The notes beneath the pieces are model-generated. The model saw only the letters and a program-made list of their open reading frames with translations. It was not told where the DNA came from and made no database searches. A program made the position numbers and the translations under genes. Positions 57,540 through 63,821 of a DNA stretch of 63,821 nucleotides are shown piece by piece. Source of the DNA: Myxococcales bacterium (GTDB taxonomy: Bacteria; Myxococcota_A; Polyangia; Polyangiales; Polyangiaceae); NCBI GenBank assembly GCA_016704525.1, contig JADIZX010000009.1, positions 170,625 to 234,445 on the forward strand. The letters are read 5' to 3'. Numbering within the stretch: position 1 is the stretch's first letter; each line of letters begins with the position of its first letter.

Positions 57540-58553
57540 CTAGAAGCGACCGAGCAGCGCGCCGCCCGCGCCGCCGGGGCCCACGACAGGCACGAGGCTG
57601 ACGCGATCTCGCTCGCGCGGGTTCGGCGTAGCCCACGGGCGCAGCACGAGCGCCGACACCACCGCGGCGCCCAAGAACACGCCGCCGCCAACGTAGCCAA
57701 CGATCGACCCCGTGCCGAGGCCCGACGCCTTCGACGCGGCGTCCTCGAGGGGCTGGCAGCCGGGCGCCCCGGGCCGAGGGCAGGGCGCGCCGACGCTGAG
57801 GAGCCGGAGCTCGTCGTCCGAGCTGGCCGACATCGCGCCCATCACCGCGCCCGCCCCGAGGCCGGCGACGCCGACCACGCCGAGCACCACGGGCACCGTC
57901 CACGAAGCCCCGGCTTCGCGCTCCGCGGGAGGCGGCGATGGCGGCGGCGGCGACGTGTCGCCCTCGAGCGCGACCACCACCGTGCGCTCGGCGGGGCACG
58001 CCACGGGGCGCTTTCGCCGGCGCTGGCCGAAGGTCACGACGACCTCGTGCGGTCCGGCGAGCACCGCGATGGGGTCGGCGAGCGGGGCCTCGCCCGCGAC
58101 GACGCCGTCGACGCGCACCTGGGTCCCGCGCGGCGTGCCCGGCGCGAGAGTGATGAGGCTCACCTTCGCGCCGAGGTCCGCGAAGAGCTTCTTGGCGAGC
58201 GTGGTGTGCGCGGGATCGGTCTGCGGCAGCTTCAGGAACTCGCGAAAGTGGTGGTACGCGCCGAGCACGTGGCCTACGCGGTGCTCGGCGCGCGCGAGGT
58301 TGAACAGCACGTCGGGCTCCTTCAGGACCGCCCACGCCTGCGCGTACTTGAGCCTCGCCTGCTCGTGCTCGCCGCGCCCCCAGAGCGCGTGGCCCTCGTC
58401 GAACCGCTGCTTGGCCTCTGCGCTGAACGCATCCTCGGCGCGGGCCTCGGCGCCGCCCGCCGCCAAGGTGACGAGCCCCACGGTCAGCCCGAGCGCCGCC
58501 CGGACGAGCCACGTGCGCGCTCGCGTCCTCGCTTGCGCTTCACGCTCGCTCAC
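57540..58553 (-). CDS. PEGA-domain membrane protein with an N-terminal TPR-like helical region. It is the last gene of the tandem-lipoprotein operon.
   Basis: GTG start overlapping the stop of tandem copy A (GTGA). Signal peptide, PEGA-like block VSLITLAPGTPRGTQVRVDGVVAGEAPL...VVTFG, and a TM helix. Confidence 0.65.
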   Translation of the reverse strand: MSEREAQARTRARTWLVRAALGLTVGLVTLAAGGAEARAEDAFSAEAKQRFDEGHALWGRGEHEQARLKYAQAWAVLKEPDVLFNLARAEHRVGHVLGAYHHFREFLKLPQTDPAHTTLAKKLFADLGAKVSLITLAPGTPRGTQVRVDGVVAGEAPLADPIAVLAGPHEVVVTFGQRRRKRPVACPAERTVVVALEGDTSPPPPSPPPAEREAGASWTVPVVLGVVGVAGLGAGAVMGAMSASSDDELRLLSVGAPCPRPGAPGCQPLEDAASKASGLGTGSIVGYVGGGVFLGAAVVSALVLRPWATPNPRERDRVSLVPVVGPGGAGGALLGRF

Positions 58554-60035
58554 GGCGCCACCTCCAGCTCGGACTGCGACAGCCCCGCGGGGCCGTCATT
58601 CACTCCCGCCGCTCCGCCTACGCCTCCCGCTCCCCCGGCTCCTGCCTTCAGCGTCCCGTCTCCCGTCGGCTTCGTTCCCTTGTAGACTACAGCTACCGAG
58701 ATCCCGCCCGCTCCGCCCGCTCCCGCTCCGCCCGCTCCGCCCTTCCCGCCGTCTCCCCCGCCGCAGCCCGGCGTTCCGCCACCGGCCACCCCACCAAGTC
58801 CGCCCCCGCCCCCGTACCCCCGGTACCCCCGGTACCCCCGGTACCCCCGGTACCCCCGGTACCCCCGGCAGCGGCCGTGAGCGTCACGTTCGTCATCGTC
58901 ACGTTCGAGCTCACGCTCAGCAGCGCGATGCTCCCGCCTCCGCTCTTGCCCCCCTTCCCTCCCGTACCCCCGCATCCCCCGCAGGCGCCTCCGCCTCCAA
59001 AGCTGTCCGCTCCGCGTGAGCCTCCGCCCCCGCCACCTTGACCGGGCAGTCCGCTCGCTCCCGCGGGCGCCTCCGACGGCGTCCACTCCCCGCTCCCGGA
59101 TATCCCTCCCGGCGTCGTCACCTTCGCAGCTGGCGCTCCCTCGGCTCGCTCTGCTCCGGTGTTCCCCGAGCCGTTCGGCTCCGCAGCTACGCACCTCGCC
59201 AGGCCGACTCCACCCGCTCCGTCGGTCGGCGCGACCCCCGCCCAGCGCCTCGCCTCCAGGGCTCGCCAATAGCCAGGGGCTCCACCTCCACCTCCACCGG
59301 ACGCCCCCGAGCTGCACGTGCACGGCTTCGCCGCTCCCCCGCGCTCGCGCTCGCGGGGTTCCCGTTCCCGTTCCCCGTCGCGTACGTCCCTGTCGTCCCG
59401 CCCGCTCCAGCCTCCCCAGCGAATCCACCCTTCGCCTCCACTCCCACCTTCCGAAGGCTCACCTTCACCGCCTCCACAGCCCACACTCCCACGCTCGTAC
59501 GCGACCCCGCCGTCCCCGCCGCTCCTTCGATGTCCAGCTCCGCCAGCGTCGCCGTCACCTTCCCCACCTTCACCGCGTACTCGGGCTTCGTCCCCACCAC
59601 CTTCGCTCGCCCTCCAGCCTTCCCGAAGTCGCACGTCACTCCCGAGTACACCTCCACGTCGCTCTTCACCTCCACGCTCTCCGCGTACGTCCCCTCGCAC
59701 ACCACCACCCGCCCGCGACCCGCAGAGAGCCCCTTCCCCACCGTCTTGTAGGGCTTCGTCCTCGTCCCGGGGTTCCCGTCGTCCCCACTCGGCGACACGT
59801 ACACTCCGTAGCTGTCCACTAGGCACTTCTCAGGGTTCTTCACTGGCTCGTTCGGCGTCTCGCACCCGGGCGGAACCACCACGTCCACTCCCCCGTCCAC
59901 CGACCCCTCCCCGACCCCGCCCTCTCCCACCCCTCCGTCCGAAGCCTCCGTCACGTAATAGTTGTTCGTCGTGCACCCCGACCCCGAAACCAGGCCCGCC
60001 AGCACGAACGCGCACAGCGCCACCCCCGGCCTCAC
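58550..60035 (-). CDS. Gly-rich beta-helix lipoprotein, tandem copy A. The reading frame is interrupted at least twice.
   Basis: Lipobox ...LAGLVSGSGC. The N-cap is VYVSPSGDDGNPGTRTKPYKTVGKGL...VVVCEGTYAES. Then Gly-rich repeats, a (GGT)n tract encoded by (GGTACCCCC)5, and the C-terminus ...SELEVAP. The good segments lie in 3 different frames (track ORFs 59187..60080, 58693..59826, 58550..59428). Confidence 0.55.
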
Positions 60036-61480
60036 GGCGCCACCTCCAGCTCGGACTGCGACAGCCCCGCGGGCCGTCATTCACTCCCGCCGCTCCGCCT
60101 ACGCCTCCCGCTCCCCGGCTCCTGCCTTCAGCGTCCCGTCTCCCGTCGGCTTCGTTCCCTTGGCACTACAGCTACCGAGATCCCGCCCGCTCCGCCCGCT
60201 CCCGCTCCGCCCGCTCCGCCCTTCCCGCCGTCTCCCCCGCCGCCGCCCGGCGTTCCGCCACCGGCCACCCCCCCAGGTCCGCCCCCGCCCCGGTACCCCG
60301 GTACCCCCGGTACCCCGGTACCCCGGCAGCGGCCGTGAGCGTCACGTTCGTCATCGTCACGTTCGAGCTCACGCTCAGCAGCGCGATGCTCCCGCCTCCG
60401 CTCTTGCCCCCCTTCCCTCCGTACCCCCGCATCCCCGCAGGCGCCTCCGCCTCCAAAGCTGTCCGCTCCGCGTGAGCCTCCGCCCCCGCCACCTTGACCG
60501 GGCAGTCCGCTCGCTCCCGCGGGCGCCTCCGACGGCGTCCACTCCCCGCTCCCGGATATCCCTCCCGGCGTCGTCACCTTCGCAGCTGGCGCTCCCTCGG
60601 CTCGCTCTGCTCCGTCATGACCAAGGCCACCTGAACCGCAGGCCATCCCCGCCAGGCCTCCCGCGCCGTCTTTCGGCGCCACTCCGCCGAGCGCCTCGAG
60701 CCCGCTCCCAGCCGTATCCAATGGAGCGCCGCCTCGGGCCCCAGCGGTCACGCCTCCCGAGCTGCACGTGCACGGCTTCGCCGCTCCCCCCGCGCTCGCG
60801 CTCGCCGGGTTCCCGTTCCCGTTCCCCGTCGCGTACGTCCCCGTCGTCCCGCCCGCTCCAGCCTCCCCAGCGAATCCACCCTTCGCCTCCACTCCCACCT
60901 TCCGTAGGCTCACCTTCACCGCCTCCACAGCCCACACTCCCACGCTCGTACGCGACCCCGCCGTCCCCGCCGCTCCTTCGATGTCCACGTCGCTCAGCGT
61001 CGCCGTCACCTTCCCTATCTTCACCGCGTACTCTGGCTTCGTCCCCACCACCTTCGCTCGCCCTCCAGCCTTCCCGAAGTCGCACGTCACTCCGAGTACA
61101 CCTCCACGTCGCTCTTCACCTCCACGCTCTCCGCGTACGTCCCCTCGCACACCACCACCCGCCCGCGACCCGCAGAGAGCCCCTTCCCCACCGTCTTGTA
61201 GGGCTTCGTCCTCGTCCCGGGGTTCCCGTCGTCCCCACTCGGCGACACGTACACTCCGTAGCTGTCCACTAGGCACTTCTCAGGGTTCTTCACTGGCTCG
61301 TTCGGCGTCTCGCACCCGGGCGGAACCACCACGTCCACTCCCCGTCCACCGACCCCCCCGACCCCGCCCTCTCCCCCCTCCGTCCGAAGCCTCCGTCACG
61401 TAATAGTTGTTCGTCGTGCACCCCGACCCCGAAACCAGGCCCGCCAGCACGAACGCGCACAGCGCCACCCCCGGCCTCAC
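60032..61480 (-). CDS. Gly-rich beta-helix lipoprotein, tandem copy B, with multiple frame interruptions.
   Basis: Near-identical to copy A. It differs mainly in C/G homopolymer lengths and has (GGTACCC[C])4. Its stop overlaps copy A's GTG start, and its own start overlaps copy C's stop. Confidence 0.5.
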
Positions 61481-62921
61481 GGCGCCACCTCCAGCTCGGA
61501 CTGCGACAGCCCCGCGGGGCCGTCATTCACTCCCGCCGCTCCGCCTACGCCTCCCGCTCCCCCGGCTCCTGCCTTCAGCGTCCCGTCTCCCGTCGGCTTC
61601 GTTCCCTTGTAGACTACAGCTACCGAGATCCCGCCCGCTCCGCCCGCTCCCGCTCCGCCCGCTCCGCCCTTCCCGCCGTCTCCCCCGCCGCAGCCCGGCG
61701 TTCCGCCACCGGCCACCCCACCAAGTCCGCCCCCGCCCCCGGTACCCCCGGTACCCCCGGTACCCCCGGTACCCCCGGCAGCGGCCGTGAGCGTCACGTT
61801 CGTCATCGTCACGTTCGAGCTCACGCTCAGCAGCGCGATGCTCCCGCCTCGCTCTTGCCCCCTTCCCTCCCGTACCCCCGCATCCCCCGCAGGCGCCTCC
61901 GCCTCCAAGCTGTCCGCTCGCGTGAGCCTCCGCCCCCGCCACCTTGACCGGGCAGTCCGCTCGCTCCCGCGGGCGCCTCCGACAACGTCCACTCCCGCTC
62001 CCGGATATCCCCTCGGCGTCGTCACCTTCGCAGCTGGCGCTCCCTCGGCTCGCTCTGCTCCGGTGTTCCCCGAGCCGTTCGGCTCCGCAGCTACGCAGCT
62101 CGCTAGTGCGACTCCACCCGCTCCGTCGGTCGGCACGACCCCGCCCAGCGCCTCGCCTCCAGGGCTCGCCAATAGCGCCGGGGCTCCACCTCCACCTCCA
62201 CGAGACGCCCCCGAGCTGCGTGCACGGCTTCGCCGCTCCCCGCGCTCGCGCTCGCCGGGTTCCCGTTCCCGTTCCCGTCGCGTACGTCCCCGTCGTCCCG
62301 CCCGCTCCAGCCTCCCCAGCGAATCCACCCTTCGCCTCCACTCCCACCTTCCGTAGGCTCACCTTCACCGCCTCCACAGCCCACACTCCCACGCTCGTAC
62401 GCGACCCCGCCGTCCCCGCCGCTCCTTCGATGTCCAGCTCCGCCAGCGTCGCCGTCACCTTCCCTATCTTCACCGCGTACTCGGGCTTCGTCCCCACCTT
62501 CGCTCGCCCTCCAGCCTTCCCGAAGTCGCGTCACTCCCGAGTACACCTCCACGTCGCTCTTCACCTCCACGCTCTCGCGTACGTCCCCTCGCACACCACA
62601 CCCGCCCGCGACCCGCAGGAGGCCCCTTCCCCACCGTCTGTGGGGCTTCGTCCTCGTCCGCGTTCCCGTCGTCCCCACTCGGCGACACGTACCTCCGTGG
62701 CTATCCGCTGGCCTTCTCAGGGTTCTTCACTGGCTCGTTCGGCGTCTCGCAGGCGGTCCACCGCGTCCACTCCCCCGTCCACGACCCCTCCCCGGCCCGC
62801 CCTCTCCCCCCTCCGTCCGACTCGGCGTCGCACGTTCCATTGTCGCAGAGCGACAGATCGAGCACCCGCGAACACGAGCGCGGTGGTCGTCGCGAGCCCA
62901 AGTGCAGCCAGTCTTCTTCAT
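61477..62921 (-). pseudogene. Gly-rich beta-helix lipoprotein, tandem copy C. It has a diverged N-terminus and is heavily frame-disrupted.
   Basis: The C-terminal two-thirds are homologous to copies A and B. The N-terminal signal differs (MKK..LAALGLATTTALVFAGC, readable only by combining frames). Many indels relative to A and B. Confidence 0.4.
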
Positions 62922-63614
62922 GTCGAGAAACCACGGGCGGCACCAGGGCGAACCAGATCGAAGCGGCGAGTAGCCGGGAGCGAACGGCCAGGAGCGAGCG
63001 TGGGACCGCGGAGGAAATACGACCATCGGCGTCCTGGGACGGGTCTCCACGGGCGCATGGTAAGGCACGCTTTCCACGACAACGGCCCCGAGCGCCGCCG
63101 AGCCCCGATGAGCCCGACCGCGCTTTCACGGTCCGCTGGGTCGAGGCGGCGTCGAGGCTTGTCGGGAAGCGCCACGCAACCCGCGCTCGCGCGGTCCTGC
63201 CACGCCAGATCAGCTGGAGCCCCGTCGCGTCGTCGCGCGGCCCACGCCCCCGAAGTGGAACGTCGCGCCCACGCCCGACCTGAGCCCCCCGCGGCGAGGA
63301 CGCAGGCAAAGCCGTGCGTTCTCGCCCGCCTCGGCAGGCGGCGTGTTTCGGGCGGGGCGTCGGCACCGCAGGAAGGGGAGGTCCATCCGCCGGCGGTCTC
63401 ATTGCGCGTCGCGACGACGGTCTCGTTCGCCGCGCACTTCACCGGCGAGCTTCTCGCCCGCTTCGGCCCCTGCGCGCGGACGGTGCTCCCCGACCCCGAC
63501 GAGCACGAGCCCTGGCCAGGCGATGTGCGTCCACGCGCAGCTCAGCGCGCGGTCGAGCGCGCGACGGTGCTCGCCTGGTCGAGCGGCACTGCGCGTCTCG
63601 GCGATCCGAGGCCA

Positions 63615-63821
63615 TCACCTTGTCGTTCTCCGGGCCGCGCAGTCGTCGCCGGGAACGCGGCGGCCTCGAGGTAGTGGGTACGTGCGGATCGTGGCCTCCG
63701 CCTGGTTCAAGAGCGAATTCACTGGGTTCTGTCCGCGCGCGTAGGCCTCACCGAAACTTGGCGCGAGCGCCACTCGTAGATCGCCCTTCGTGAACAGCTG
63801 CGCGCCCTCCTCGTGCAGCTT
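63615..63821 (-). CDS. Possible 3' end of a gene continuing beyond the window edge.
   Basis: Minus-strand frame from the window end reads KLHEEGAQLFTKGDLRVALAPSFGEAYARGQNPVNSLLNQAEATIRTYPLP...* with mostly G/C third positions. It has no start inside the window and is not in the ORF track. Confidence 0.25.
   Translation of the reverse strand, partial: KLHEEGAQLFTKGDLRVALAPSFGEAYARGQNPVNSLLNQAEATIRTYPLPRGRRVPGDDCAARRTTR

Overview
This is a ~70% GC chromosomal segment, almost certainly from a myxobacterium. It carries an mglB-mglA pair nearly identical to the Myxococcus xanthus MglB/MglA sequences as I recall them, a MYXO-CTERM-like protease tail, PEGA and beta-helix lipoproteins, and many lipobox signal peptides. 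Coding density is high on both strands. Most long Arg/Ala-rich ORFs in the six-frame track are antisense or out-of-frame artefacts of the GC bias and were not called. About 60 genes are supported, grouped here by function:
- Housekeeping: cysS, an acetyl-CoA acetyltransferase (thiolase), a YebC-family regulator, a folE-like gene, a partial mobA.
- Regulation: two TetR regulators, an ECF sigma/anti-sigma pair, PilZ, MglA/MglB.
- Sugar modification (25.4-32.4 kb): DegT aminotransferase, methyltransferase, an ArnC-like GT2, a GT4, a polysaccharide deacetylase and an OMP.
- Redox: a molybdopterin oxidoreductase, a five-heme cytochrome c, a Rieske protein.
- Orphan MlaE and FtsX-like permeases with no ATPase partner.

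Features most worth a second look:
1. 58.5-62.9 kb holds three tandem, translationally coupled paralogues of a Gly-rich beta-helix lipoprotein. All three are frame-interrupted at homopolymer or (GGTACCCCC)n tracts, and they are coupled to a downstream PEGA/TPR membrane protein.
2. A ~300-bp MITE-like palindromic element is present twice in inverted orientation, at ~34.0 kb and ~52.4 kb.
3. Three intergenic inverted-repeat elements begin exactly at the TAG stop codon of the upstream gene and share TAGC...TTGAT termini.
4. Two tiny ORFs, one hydrophobic and one highly basic, sit just after mglA. An IS110 transposase remnant and a ~100-bp polypyrimidine tract lie nearby.
5. A 4-bp-overlap operon joins a Cys-nucleophile class II amidotransferase to two large polytopic membrane proteins (36.9-41.3 kb).
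6. An M20 peptidase gene is split by a +1 frameshift.
7. A near-consensus sigma70 promoter carrying a GAACGATCGTTC palindrome sits at a TetR gene.

Because the frame breaks cluster in repeats and homopolymers, read-level polishing errors must be excluded before calling any of these pseudogenes or phase variation. No rRNA, tRNA or CRISPR array was recognised by eye.
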